64,000 nucleotides of DNA. Source: Squalus acanthias. Lineage: Eukaryota. The translations under genes were made by a program, and so were the position numbers. The stretch spans positions 104,100,001 to 104,164,000 of the forward strand of contig CM059431.1 of NCBI GenBank assembly GCA_030390025.1, written 5' to 3'. Below are positions 38,216 through 50,236 of this stretch, piece by piece. How positions within the stretch are numbered: position 1 is the first letter of the stretch; the number at the start of each line of letters is the position of its first letter. Below the pieces are notes generated by a model. It had not been told where the DNA came from. It saw nothing but the letters and a program-made list of their open reading frames with translations, and searched no databases.

Positions 38216-40036
38216 AAGTCAGACGGGTAGGATTATGAGTGGCACATTGGGTTCGTGTCACCTGAGCTCAACTTCGATCTAATCAGATCAAGGGGGGGCT
38301 TCACACAAAATTCCACCCCTCAGTTCTCCAGTATAGTAGAGGTAGGAGTTCATTATAACTTTGATGGATTAACAGAGGACTGAAAATGTGCCACTTGCTA
38401 AGTTTATTTTGTGTCAATCTATTTACTTTTGCTTTACTCTTAAGGTGCAAGTCTTTGCAATGTATGAGTGACTGCCATAAAGGAAGAAAAGTTTCACTGA
38501 GTTTTAACAGTCACTCCACACGAGTAAGCAGCAAAGTCATTGGTGGACATTCCTAGAAGAGAAGTGCCACTTCTATTCCAGGAATGCCCGCCTTGAAGAA
38601 GTCCTGCTCTTCTCTCTGACGGGATTTCCGTTCGTCATTGCTTTCAGTTTCCCTTCTCGTGTTTGATCAGGTATCTGCCAAGACTCGTTTTCACAGCCAC
38701 ATCTCTTTCCTCAGCAACTGTCTCCGGTTCTGACTTATTCCACATGGATTCCAACTGAGATTCCACCCTTCGTGCTTCGGATCCACCCAGGATTACAGAT
38801 ATCTCTGGGATATTCAGCGTTCCTCGAACTACTGCTCTCGCCGCATCCTGAGATCCATGCTCAACGCCATGCGTCGCCTCAAGTAATTGGTTGGTGTTGG
38901 ATGAGACATGATTTTGTTGAGAAGTACAGTTAAATAAACTTTTTAAAAATTTGTTCATGGTATGTGGGCATCGCTGGCAAGGCCTCCTCCTTGAACCACT
39001 GAAGTCCATGTGGTGAAGATACTCCCACAGTGCCGTTAGGGAGGGAGTTCCAGGATTTTGACCCAGCGATGATGAAGGAACGCCGATATATTTCCAAATC
39101 AGGATGGTGTGTGACTTGGAGGTGAACTTGGAGGTGGTGGTGTTCCCATGCGCCTGCTACCCTTGTCGTTCTAGGTGGTAGAGATCGTGGGTTTGGGAGG
39201 TACTGCTGAAGAAGCCTTAGCGAGTTGCTGCAGTGCATCTTATAGATGTTACATATTGCAGCCACGGTGCACCAGTGGTGGAGGGAGTGAATGTTTAAGG
39301 TGGTGGATGGGGTGCCAATCAAGCGGGCTGTTTAGTCCTGGATGGTGTAGGGGGTGGTGGTTTGTGTCAAGTTCGCCTCTGACTTCTGAACGGTTTGAAT
39401 CGCTCCCACTCCCTTGGTTCTAGACCTTGGACTTATTTGGGGGTTGTGATAAAAAGTGCAGCAGACAACTGGTTTTGATGCAAGAACTTTGATCTTTATT
39501 TAAGAAAGTAAAACACAACACAAAGGGATAAAAATTCACTTGGTTGCGCCTCCCGTTAGCGCCTTAAGAGGGCGCTAATGGGGCGTTAAGCCGCTAACGC
39601 CCGGGCGCAGCGCTGTTTGCGCCGCTCGAGAACTTAACTTGAGATTGTGCGGCGGCGCTAAAACTTACTGCTGCGACCACCTGCGCGCGCAGATTGTGAC
39701 GTCATTCCATGGTGCAACGCCCTTGGGGCGCCCCAGAGCGGAAATTGAGTGGCGCCCCCTGCCTTACCGCCTAGCGCTTCCAACGACCGGAAGACTGGAA
39801 CGTTATCAATCGGTGTGGGGCTGGGGGGGGCGCTATTTAAAGGGGGCCTCTTCCTGTCTTTTTCTGTGGTCGACATTTATGCACCACTCGTTCTGAGAGA
39901 GAGAGAGAGATTCGGAGAGAGAGAGAGAGAGACTTCTACATTGACTCAATGCTTTGTGAGGTAGTTTTGCCTAGTTCATCCTAACTTTGTTGCTACTTTA
40001 GTTGCTGTACCTCATTACTTTTCTGGCAAAGAGAAT

Positions 40037-41197
40037 ATGGGGGCTGCAGTGATTGGGGGCGTCGTCCTGCTCCAGCTGAATCGGAGGATACCGAGACGCA
40101 GACAGAGAGTGGCAATGATGGCCAGACGGAGGAGGGCCATCAGGCGCATGTACAGGAGAGCTTACCCTCCCAGGGTATATCGTGAACAGCTCTCCTACAT
40201 CCATATGTCCGAGGAGCTGTGTTTGCGAAGGCTGCGATTCAGCAAGGAGGTGGTCACTGAGCTCTGCCACCTGCTGCAGCCAGATCTGCAGCCTCAGCTG
40301 AGGTCCAGGACGTCTCTGTCGGTGGCAGTGAAGGTCACAGTGGCTTTGAACTTCTACGCCACTGGCTCATTCCAAGCTGCTGTTGGGGACCTCGCCAATA
40401 TCTCCCAGTTTGCGGTGCATCGCTGCATCCGGCAGGTCACCAATGCCCTCTTCAGAAGGAGACGAGACTTCATCTCTTTCCCTATGACCCCAGACAAGCA
40501 GCGTGACCGTGCTCTGGGCTTTGCGAGGGTAGCGGGCTTCCCCATGGTGCAGGGCGCCATTGACTGCACGCATGTGGCTTTGCGTGCTCCGCGAGAGAAT
40601 GCAGAGGAATTCAGGAACAGAAAGGGGTTCCATTCCTTGAATGTGCAGTTGGTCTGTGACCACAGACAGCTGATACTCGCTGTCAATGCCCACTATCCGG
40701 GCAGCTGCCACGATGCTTTCATCCTGCGCCAGACTACTGTGGCAGAAGTTTTCGAGGCACCGCATCAGCCAGTTGGTTGGCTTCTGGGGGACAAGGGGTA
40801 CGCATTGAGCACCTGGCTGATGACACCGCTCCGTACGCCAAACACCCCTGCTGAGCTGCGGTACAATGAAAGCCATCAAGCAACCAGGAACATTATTGAG
40901 CGCACAATCGGCGTGCTGAAACAACGGTTCCGCTGTCTGGACCATTCCGGAGGAGCCCTGCAGTACTCGCCTGAGCAAGTTTCGAACTTCGTAGTCGTGT
41001 GCTGCATGTTGCACAACATGGCAATCCTCAGGACCCAGCCAATGCCACCAGGCCTTGTAGCACCACCAGAGGAGGAGGAGGAAGAGGAGGAACAGGACGA
41101 GGACGATGATCATCAGCAGCACCAAGGCGGGAGGGCGGCCCACAATGGTCAAACTGCAAGGGCCGTCCGTCAACGACTAATAGCAAGCCACTTCTAG
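40037..41197 (+). CDS. Harbinger DDE transposase (HARBI1-family nuclease), 386 aa, open
   Basis: Motifs LNFYATGSFQ, GAIDCTHV, NRKGFHSLNVQLVCD, YPGSCHDAFIL, WLLGDKGY, RNIIERTIGVLKQRFRCL, CCMLHN; acidic tail. TATA-like CTATTTAAA at about 39833. Confidence 0.95.
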   Translation: MGAAVIGGVVLLQLNRRIPRRRQRVAMMARRRRAIRRMYRRAYPPRVYREQLSYIHMSEELCLRRLRFSKEVVTELCHLLQPDLQPQLRSRTSLSVAVKVTVALNFYATGSFQAAVGDLANISQFAVHRCIRQVTNALFRRRRDFISFPMTPDKQRDRALGFARVAGFPMVQGAIDCTHVALRAPRENAEEFRNRKGFHSLNVQLVCDHRQLILAVNAHYPGSCHDAFILRQTTVAEVFEAPHQPVGWLLGDKGYALSTWLMTPLRTPNTPAELRYNESHQATRNIIERTIGVLKQRFRCLDHSGGALQYSPEQVSNFVVVCCMLHNMAILRTQPMPPGLVAPPEEEEEEEEQDEDDDHQQHQGGRAAHNGQTARAVRQRLIASHF

Positions 41198-41491
41198 GGC
41201 CCCTGCCATTGCTACAAACACTAATCAACCCAGCACGCAACCCCGAAGCCTGCCAAGGCACCAATAATTCCAACCACCAGCCATGTATATTTTGAATACA
41301 GAAACTTATTTATTTTACAAACTCTGTGTGTGTCAATTCCTCATGACAAACTCATAGAAATAAACACAAAAAAACAGTCAATAACATAACTGGTTCTCAC
41401 AACCTGGAGATAATGTCCAAAACACTAAACAAAAGTTGGACCATGAACCTCGGCCTTTAATAAAAAAATGACCAGCATTTTGGCACACCTC

Positions 41492-43368
41492 CTACTTTTT
41501 GCCCTTCGAGGGTGATCTCCTTCCCTTGCGCACTTCCCCCCTTCTAACCCTACTGCTCCTCCGTAATGGGACCTCAGTGGCTGCAGCAAGGCTGGTGGAA
41601 GGCTGCTGCTCGTCAGACCCTGACACTGCAGATGCCCCTGAAGGACGGCCTCGACCACTTCTGGGCCTGGAGGGCCCGGCTGCAGACTGCACCAACTCTG
41701 CATGGGCGGCAGCAGTCTGTCCTACAGGCGGTGGCAAGTGCAGTGGAGAAGTGACAGTGTTGGCAGCAGGAATGCTGTCATCGTGAGAGAGGCCAGCAAC
41801 TCCCTGCTCGCCCGACACACTGGCACTCCCACGGGGCAGCACTTCAGCATCCGGAGCAATTTGCCGGAGAACAGATTGCTGGCCTGCTGCGGCGCGGTGA
41901 CAGCCCCGGGGACATGTGCACGAACCATCGAGGTTGGCAGCAGTCTGTGCTCGCGTGGCCTCCATCTGAGTCTGTATGAGAGCAGTCAGAGGTGGGATCA
42001 CGGCAGCCAGTGACTGAATTGCAGCACTAAGCGTTAGTGTGGCATCCGCCTGTGCTACAGCGAAGTGCTCCACACTCCTTGCCAGTGACTCAATGCAATC
42101 GGGCACCCTTCCCACTGCACCCATGAGCTCAGTGTGCATGCCCACCGCCTGGGTGTTCATTTCTGCAATCAGCCGCTCCTCCTCTGCGTCCATTGCAGTA
42201 GGAGTGTCTGGCATACTCTCCCTCTGGGGAGAAGGCCCCCGTTCTTCCCTACCCCCCCCATGGCGTTGCTGCAGCCCGCTGGGTCCTGGAGCTTCACCAT
42301 CATCAGCCCCTTCCCCCCTGCTCCCCTCCGGGGAAGGCGTGTTCCCAGTGTGGGCATGGGCTTCCTCGGGAGAGGGTGGCACTGATGCTCTGGCTTCCTC
42401 TTCCTCCTCAGCTGCAGCATCACTCCCAGTGGCAGCTTCAGGGCCCGTCTCCTCAGCTGGTGAATCACCATCTGAAAGCAGGGAGGTACAAGAGTGGCTT
42501 TAGCGTGAGGACAGGGTGGCAGTAAGGGAGGAATAAGTGCAGCGAGTTAGCAAGTTGGATTGAAAGTGTCAAAGGCTGGTATTGTGAGGGACAAGTGGAA
42601 GGACAGAGGACAAAAAGGTGATGACCTTACCATTGCTGTCCACAACGGGGTCGGCGTCTCCAGTGGCGACGGGACCGATCACCCGGCTTGCCACAATCCT
42701 GTGGACGCGCTCCTCCAGATCGCTGAGGGGTTGCAGCTGAAGCCGCCCTCCACCTGTCCGTTGCTGCTGTCTCCGATTATGAGCCAGCTTAGCCTGCAAG
42801 AAAAAGGACAGCATCTGAGTAAATATACAGCCATGGTCTTGCCTGATGTGCCTCCCATAGGTGAATAGCCCTTACAATATACAGCCATGGTCTTGCCTGA
42901 TGTGCCTTCCATAGATGAATAGCCCTTACAATATACAGCCATGGTCTTGCCTGATGTGCCTCCCATAGGTGAATAGCCCTTACTGTATGCAAAGTGTGGA
43001 ATGTGTGTGTGTGTTTGATGAAAGGGCCATCGGTGTTGGATGAGTTTTGTGCATTGGGGTTTTAAGACCCTCTGGCCATAGAGTGAGGTTGAGATGGAGG
43101 GATGGAGAGGTATTGAGAAAAAGCCACTCACCCTGACGACCCGAGTGAGGTCGTTGAACTTTTTGCGGCATTGAGTATGGGTCCTGGGCACCATGCTCCT
43201 GGAGGAGACGCTCTGAGCCACCTCCCTCCACACTCTTCTGAACTCGCGTGGCAAAGGCCTCCTGCCACTCTCAGGGAACAGCATACATCGTCTGCGCTCC
43301 ACTGCGTCAACCAGAGCATCCAAGGCCCGCTCGGTGAAGCGATGAGTGCGTTCTCTCACCCTCTCCAT
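41492..43368 (-). CDS. Harbinger Myb/SANT-like DNA-binding protein; exons 43368-43132, 42793-42631, 42471-41492; 459 aa
   Basis: Exon 1 RFTERALDALVDAV..LF..W.EVA..RTHTQCRKKFNDL. Junctions AGG|GTGAGT, TTGCAG|GCT, G|GTAAGG and TTTCAG|AT give 237+163+980=1380 nt in frame. Exon 2 has the RTGGG motif; the C-terminus is basic. Confidence 0.85.
42822..42983. repeat. 54-bp tandem repeat x3 in intron 1 of the Myb gene
   Basis: AATATACAGCCATGGTCTTGCCTGATGTGCCTCCCATAGGTGAATAGCCCTTAC three times. Confidence 0.95.
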
Positions 43369-45525
43369 GCTTGGCAGCAAAATGGATTACAGGTCTCTCC
43401 AGGCTGAGATTCAAGGCTGCAATGAGCAGGGTGTGGCTGGGGAGCAAGTGCCCCCCCCCGCTTTAAGAAGTGGCCGGCGCCAGTGTGTCTGTGTTCCCTC
43501 ACTAACTGGCAGCAGCTGCGCTGTGCTCGTGCGCTGAGTTAGCGCCTCACTCCTTGACCTTTGCGCCTTAAGAGAGGCGTGCAACGCCTGCTTTAGCGCT
43601 CCACTCACCTCCCGGGGCGGTAAAAGTGAAGTTTCCTGTCAGTGCCGATAATTAGCGCCAGGCGCTAATATTTGCGTCCGGACGATATTTGCGCCCCAAA
43701 TGGGGCGCGACCTAATTTCTACCCCAAACACTCTTATCACTCTAAAGGTGGGGAACACTTCGGTACAAGCGAGGGAAATAACATTAAAAGAATACTTCAC
43801 CCCTCCCAATCCCATTTTACTAGCTAAGTTGGGCTGTGGAGGACCCAGGGATAATGGTCACCAAACGAATCCTTGACAGTTGAGAGTTAGGGTTTAGAGT
43901 CTTTTGAATAAAAGTTTCGTAAGGCCCTTGTTGCCGCGAGGTGTCCGATGGTCACTGAAGCGGTCGCTCTGGTCTCTTCTTGCGTGTCGGCCTACTTCTG
44001 GAGCTGTTGGCCTTCTTTATTGAACTTCTTTCTGTTGCCCCCTCGCCTTGTTGAACTGTCTTCTTTAGAGCTGTGGAACTGCCTTCTTGCAGAACTGTGG
44101 AACTGCCTTCTGCCGGACTGCTTGCTGAATTCCTTGCTGCTGTGTAACTGTTGAACTGCTTGTCTCCTTGAACTGCCGTGTAACTCTACTGGAGAACTCG
44201 AACTTGAACTGTTAAGAACGGGCCTTTAATTATACCCATTGAAGCTTCCTTATCATTGTAAGATTTTGGAGGGCTCGTCAACAGTAACGATTTTAATAAG
44301 TGTCAAATGGCTTTTGGGATGGCTTGCGTCCTGTCGATCTCCTTGGTTGATTACAGGTGATTGGTTTTGTGTTTGGTTTTCTAGGCTGGACTCGGTCTTT
44401 CTATAGAATGGGCCTGAGTGGTTTTTATTATGCATGTTTCTGATGGGCCCTGTAATCGGTTTTGATGGGGCCTGTATTTTGGGTGGGACTGTCTTCTCCC
44501 AGGGTCTATTGTTCAAATGTTAATGTCTGCTGGGGCTTGAGTGAGGTCATCCCGGTTCCCCAGACAGTGTAATTAACTGCAATAACCAAACTGCTTTTAC
44601 AGAGGTCGAACCCATCTCCTTGTCCCTTTACAGGCCCAGACATGGTTTTAAAATGCCAAAACTTGTTTTTTGGTCTTAAATTCCTTATGTTAGGCCCAAA
44701 TGCATTTTTATCACTCTGAGGTAGTTCCAAATTCCTTTTTCCTTAGGTTTTGGAGATCTGTAAATTTTGGAAACCTTACAATGGTGTCGAGCTTCTTGAG
44801 TGCTGTTGGAGCTGCACTCATCTAGGCAAGTGGAAACTATTCCATCACACTCCTTACTTGTGCCTTGTAGATGGTGGAAAGGCTTTGGGGAGTCAGGAGG
44901 TGAGACACTCACCGCAGAATACCTAGCCTCTGACCTGCTCTTGCAGCCACAGTATTTATGTGGCCAGTCCAGTTAAGTTTCTGATGGAATGATGTCTTGA
45001 AAATTACAAAGTTAGATAGCATCAATCTGCAATGTTGAAAAGCCTATTCGACATTACCCAAGAGACAACAAGAGATTATTCTGCATTGATGGGAGAACTG
45101 ACTGTGACATCTAAACCTTTACTGAGAGATCATCTCTCCATTAACATGAATTTTATTTTTGATGCCTCACGCTTTAGCTAAATCATATCTGCTGAAATGA
45201 TAGCTGTCTGCTGCTGCATAGCACAGGCTACTCTCCTACAGGTACTAAACCTGATCATCATCCAGCTGTTGAACATTTTATTGAAGGGCTGGAAATATAA
45301 AGTAAGGATATTTATGTGGCTGTCAGGAACCGTGCCCCACAGTTAGTCATTTTTGGCTACAGTAAGAACGTGGCCAGATAATATCAACAGTTAAACACAG
45401 AATAAAATCAGAATTTAGGCAGTCAGCTGGAACATTCTTATGTAGGGAGTTTTTTTAAATCGCAGTATGCAGTTCCGAGTAAACAGAATACTTACTGCTA
45501 TTTGATGGTAAGTCTTTGTTTTTTA

Positions 45526-46003
45526 AGTGTCAGCCGTGGCTCAGTGGGTAGCGCTCTCGCCTCTGAGTCAGAAGGTTGTGGGTTCACAGTCCCCACTCCA
45601 GAGACTTGAGAGCATAAAATCTAGGCTGACACTCCCAGTACAGTGCTGAGGGAGTGCTGCACTGTCGGAGGTGCCGTCTTTCGGATGAGACGTTAAACTG
45701 AGGCCCCGTCTGCTCTCTCAGGTGGATGTAAAAGGTCCCATGACACTATTTTGAAGAAGCGCAGGGGAGTTCTCCTCGGTGTCCTGGCCAATATTTATCC
45801 CACCACCAATATCACTAAAAAAAATAGATTATCTGGTCATTATCACATTGCTGTTGGTGGGAGCTTGCTGTGCGCAAATTGGCTGCCGCGTTTCCTACAT
45901 TACAACAGTGACTACACATCAAAAAGTACTTTGATGGCTGTAAAGTGCTTTGGGATGTCCAGTGGTCGTAAAAGGCGCTATATAAATGCAAGTTCTTTCT
46001 TTT
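45526..46003 (+). mobile_element. Full-length Deu-domain tRNA SINE
   Basis: GTGTCAGCCGTGGCTCAGTGGGTAGC (A box), GGTTCA (B box), Deu core, tail ATAAATGCAAGTTCTTTCTTTT. Confidence 0.9.
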
Positions 46004-46016
46004 GTATGTACCCATC

Positions 46017-46964
46017 AGCCTGGAATTTTCTCCGAGCTGCTCCTACCCTGCTTTAACTCTGCAACGTAAAATTCTCTTTTATTTCCAGCGAAGTTCTGGG
46101 GTGCGATCTTACCTTTTGGTGCGAGTTGGGAGCGGATCATCTGCCTACCAGGTTCTGATCCCGCCCCCAATGACGGCCGATTCACAGACGCTATTTTGCA
46201 TCAATTGGCCTTGTTAAGCCCGCCCTGCGGGCTTGCCGGCCAATTAAGAGAAAGCCGGTATCAGATGACATCAGTTGATGACGCGTCATCTGCCGGTTTT
46301 CTTAAAGGGGACATGCTCTTTTTTTGACAGCTGATTTTTCAGTGTTTGACAGTATTGAGGTGCTGCAAACACTGCCAATCACTGTACAAAGGTGAGCCCT
46401 TGCACCCAGGCCCTCCAGTGACTCTCTCCTTAGGATAAAATGGATGTCAGCTGCAGATGAGGTTACAGAAGCGATCTGTCACTTTTGAAAGAGGTTCTCC
46501 CAATGAGGTGGGACTACACATACAATTGAAAACTTGTTACCTACAGAAAAGTCTAACTGCATTAAAAATGAATTTCCCAACATTTTCTTACCTCTGAAAC
46601 TCACCAGTGCACCATTGGATCCTTCACACCACTTCTGCAGCTGTCATCAATGCAGAAACATTACAGTAGACTCACAACAAGCCACACTTACCTGGTGTGG
46701 TGTCCGGACGTCGGGAAGCCCGAAGTAGAAGTGTCAAAATTGCAAAAGAGCCTGTTAACAACCTGTTAACAGGCAGTTAAGTGGCTTTAATCCTCTTCCC
46801 GCCGCTAGGTGTTGGGTCCATGTGCAAACCGGGGACCCGACACTTGGGAAGATTGATTGGAGGCGGGTTGACAGCGGGTTTCCTGCCCGCTGTCAATCTT
46901 TGCGATTTTGCCGGATGTCCCGCCTCCAAAACCCGCCCCCTGAGCGCCGGCAAAATTCCGGCCC
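46017..46964. mobile_element. Harbinger-derived non-autonomous element
   Basis: Termini AGCCTGGAATTTT / AAAATTCCGGCCC. 46200-46410 resembles 1650-1865, and the whole resembles 62169-63015 reversed. Confidence 0.7.
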
Positions 46965-47424
46965 TGCTGTCAGAACGGGAGCAGCTGCAAGGAAATTGAT
47001 TTCTCCTCTAACAAGTACTGTATTCAGGATGTAGCACAGAATGTGACCCAATCGCTTATTACATTATTGGATGCTATGCACCACCTAAAAACATAAATAA
47101 AATCATTATATATATTTAGCAAAGCAATCAGAGTGAAATTATTATTGATTGACTGAATACACATCCCCCCTCCCCCAGGACCCATTAAATTTGAAAAAAT
47201 GTTCAACTTGTAAACTAACCTTCACAATCTACTTGCCACTTAATTTTCCGAAAGGTCACAAGGTCAAATTAGTTGAATATTTTTCAGCAGTCAAAAGTTC
47301 CCCGGAGGATAACTGCTCAATGCAATATTTCAAAGTTGGATTGAGTTACTTACTGCATGCTGCCATTATAATCTTACAGTGGAATTGCCTCTGTGAGAGG
47401 AATTATCTGATCAAGATCACACTA

Positions 47425-47920
47425 ACAAAGAAGAAAAGAAAGACTTGCATTTATATAGCGCCTTTCACGACCACCGGACGTCTCAAAGCGCTTTACAGCC
47501 AATGAAGTACTTTTGGAGTGTAGTCCTTTTGGAGTGTAGTCACTGTTGTAAAGTAGGGAAACGCGGCAGCCAATTTGCGCACAGCAAGCTCCCACAAACA
47601 GCAATGTGATAATGACCAGATAATCTGTTTTTGTTATGTTGTTTGAGGGATAAATATTGGCCCAGGACACCGGGGATAACTCCCCTGCTCTTCTTCAAAA
47701 TAGTGCCTTGGGATCTTTTACGTCCACCTGAGAGGGCAGACAGGGCCCTGGTTTAACGTCTCATCCGAAACACGGCACCTCCGACAGTGCAGCACTCCCT
47801 CAGCACTGCACTGGAGCGTCAGCCTAGTTTTATGTGCTCAGGTCCACTGGAGTGGGAATTGAATCCACGAACTTCTGACTCAGAAGTGAGAGTGCTGCCC
47901 ACTGAGCCACGGCCGACACT
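47425..47920 (-). mobile_element. Full-length Deu-domain SINE
   Basis: Reverse complement of 45526-46003. Confidence 0.9.
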
Positions 47921-47994
47921 AATGATTAAGGACAAAAGATCGTGTCACCATGCAACACCACCTTACTGCATCTATGCAACTTAATTGTGTACTT

Positions 47995-49530
47995 GGAATC
48001 ATAGAATGATACAGTACAGAAGGAGGCCATTCGGCCCATCCTGCCTGTGCCGGCTCTTTGAAGGAGCTCTCCAATTAGTCCCACTCAGCTGCTCTCTCCC
48101 CGTAGCCCTGCAGATATTTCCTTTTCAAGTATTTATCCAATTTCCTTTTGAAAGTTACTATTGTATCTGCTTCCACCGTCCTTTCAGGCAGCACATTCCA
48201 GATCACAACAACTCGCTGTGTAAAAAATATTTTCCTCATTTCCCTTCTGCATTATTTGCCAATTATTTTAAATCTGTGTCCTCTGGTTACCAACCCTCCT
48301 GCCACTGGAAACAGTTTCTCCTTATTTACTCTATCATAGGATATGCGGCACAGAAACAGGCCATTCGGCCCAACCAGTCCATGCCAACGTTTATGCTCCA
48401 CTCGAGCCTCCTCCCGTCTTTCCTCATCTAAATCTATCAGCATAACCCTCTATTCCCTTCTCCCCCATATGCTTGTCCAGCCTCCCCTTAAATGCATCTA
48501 TGCCCGTCGCTTCAACCACTCCCTGTGGTAGCGAGTTCCACATTCTCACCACTCTCTGGGTAAAGAAGTTCCTTCTGAATTCCCTATTGGATTTCTTGAT
48601 GACTATCTTATATTGATGGCCTCTAGTTATGCTCTTCCCCACAAGTGGAAACACTGGCCACTATTTCACCGACCGAAGTGGGTCCGGGGCGGCCGGGGTG
48701 GGTGTCGCGGTCCCAGCCCGCTGCCTGCTCCAGCCCGCACTCTCCAAGCGATTTTTCGTTGATTAGAATAGAAACATAGAAACAAAGAAAAATAGGAGCA
48801 GGAGTAGGCCATTCGGCCCTTCGAGCCTGCTCCACCATTCAATATGATCATGGCTGATCCTCTATCTCAATACCATATTCCCGCTCTCTCCCCATACCCC
48901 TTGATGCCTTTTGTGTCTAGAAATCTATCTATCTCCTTCTTAAATATATTCAGTGACTTGGCCTCCACAGCCTTCTGTGGTAGAGAATTCCTATCAAAAC
49001 CCTTCATAATTTTGAACACCCCTAGCAAATCCCCACTTAGCTTTCTCTGCTCTAAGGAGAACAACCCCAGCATCTCCAGTCTCTCCACATAACTGAAGAA
49101 CTCATCCCCTGGTACCATTCTGATCCAATCTCCCCTGAACCTTCTCTGCTTTAAGGAGAACAGGTGTTCTGATGCGTTGGACCCCCTGGGACACATCTCA
49201 TTGTCTTGGCTGTGCTCTTAGTGTGTCTTTGATGTAGGGAAAGATTTAATCTATGCATTTTCTCTGTGTTTTTATATTCTGTGAATTCTGATAGATTCTC
49301 TCACAGTAACTTTGCCTGACGAAGGGGCGACAGCTCCGAAAGCTTGTAATTTTAAATAAATCTGTTGGACTATAACCTGGTGTTGTGCGACTTCTCATTT
49401 TTGTCCACCCCAGTCCAACGCCGGCATCTCCGCATTAAGGAGAACAACCCCAGCATCTCCAGTCTCTCCATATACCTGAAGTCCCTCATCCCCTGGTACC
49501 ATTCTAGTAAACCTCCTCCGCACCCTCTCC
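47995..49530 (-). mobile_element. Stack of CR1 3' fragments
   Basis: Three 3' ends (about 47995, 48336, 48768) with the AGGCCATTCGGCCC stem-loop region and CR1 C-terminal peptides. Confidence 0.85.
49163..49434 (+). mobile_element. Penelope-type short insertion (family A) with hammerhead motif at 49312-49349
   Basis: 12-bp TSD TTAAGGAGAACA; TTGC-CTGACGA-A-GGGGC gaca GCTCC-GAAA-GCTT-GTAA. Confidence 0.85.
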
Positions 49531-50236
49531 TTTTACCTATTTACTTTGGAAATATCTGCAGAAGCTTTTCTTCACACAGGCCCAGCCTTCCCTCTCGGTC
49601 CTTGGCTGGTGTTTGACTGGGACCTCACTTCTAGCAGTGTTTGCCCAGGCGTTACTCTCAATATAATCTGGGCTCTGACCGCTGTCCATCTCGGTTTTCA
49701 GCCTACGGTAATTGGGAGACTGACAACTTTATGCCTTGATAACGTACTCCGGCCAAAATCTCACTCCACGCTACCGCAATAATTAACTAATGTCAGGAGT
49801 TTATGAAGCCCAACTTTATTCATTTCTGAAAGCCCCATTGCCAAAAAGAAAGGAATATATTCAGGCTACACTGTAGAAAGGTGGACTACCGGCCAGTGTT
49901 TGGCTGACTAACATGGGTCTTTCTTGGGGACCAGGGGTAGTGACAGTAATGGAGATATTTTGGACCTGAGTATGCAATGGTAAAATAAAAATATTGCTTA
50001 AGTGAGTAGGTTCATTTTGGTTTGTTTAGTCATCTGATGTGACAAAGGCTCAGGCTGTAGCCTTATAATTGAACTGTAGCTTCCAACCTATACAGCATCA
50101 TTACCAATCAATCAGTGTAGAATGGAGGCAAATCAGTCTGTTGCTGTAACAGTTAGCATCCAGAACAATACATTTACATGAAGATTTTAACAAAATGGAT
50201 AATTCCCTTACTTTTTCTGTGTACAATTGAAACAAT

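Larger units (their letters stand above)
39525..43725. mobile_element. Full-length, apparently autonomous PIF/Harbinger DNA transposon (4201 bp)
   Basis: AAA TSD; termini GGGATAAAAATT / AATTTCTACCCC; two convergent genes; CpG-rich subterminal arms. Confidence 0.93.
39346..44780 (-). mobile_element. Solo LTR (about 1.23 kb without the nested transposon)
   Basis: TGT...ACA termini, exact 4-bp TSD ATGG (39342-39345 / 44781-44784), AATAAA on the minus strand at about 39495. Confidence 0.85.
38935..44985 (-). mobile_element. Same LINE family (38935-39345 plus 44781-about 44985), split by a solo LTR
   Basis: GTCCTGGATGG|...|ATGGTGTCGAGCTTCTTGAG reads continuously once the insert is removed. Confidence 0.85.

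Noticed and set aside
40367..41173. 268-aa antisense ORF, and similar antisense ORFs at 19356-19943 and 33433-34089
   Set aside because: Shadow frames of GC-rich coding TE sequence with no recognisable motifs.
40037..41197. Domesticated host HARBI1 gene
   Set aside because: Lies between TIRs with a TSD and a partner Myb gene, inside an LTR; it is a transposon copy, so no gene symbol was assigned.
42679..43131. C-terminal part of the 233-aa ORF with 18-aa repeats
   Set aside because: Read-through into intron 1 past a strong GTGAGT donor; the repeats come from the 54-bp tandem.
45526..45600. tRNA gene
   Set aside because: The A/B boxes belong to the SINE head and continue into the SINE body.
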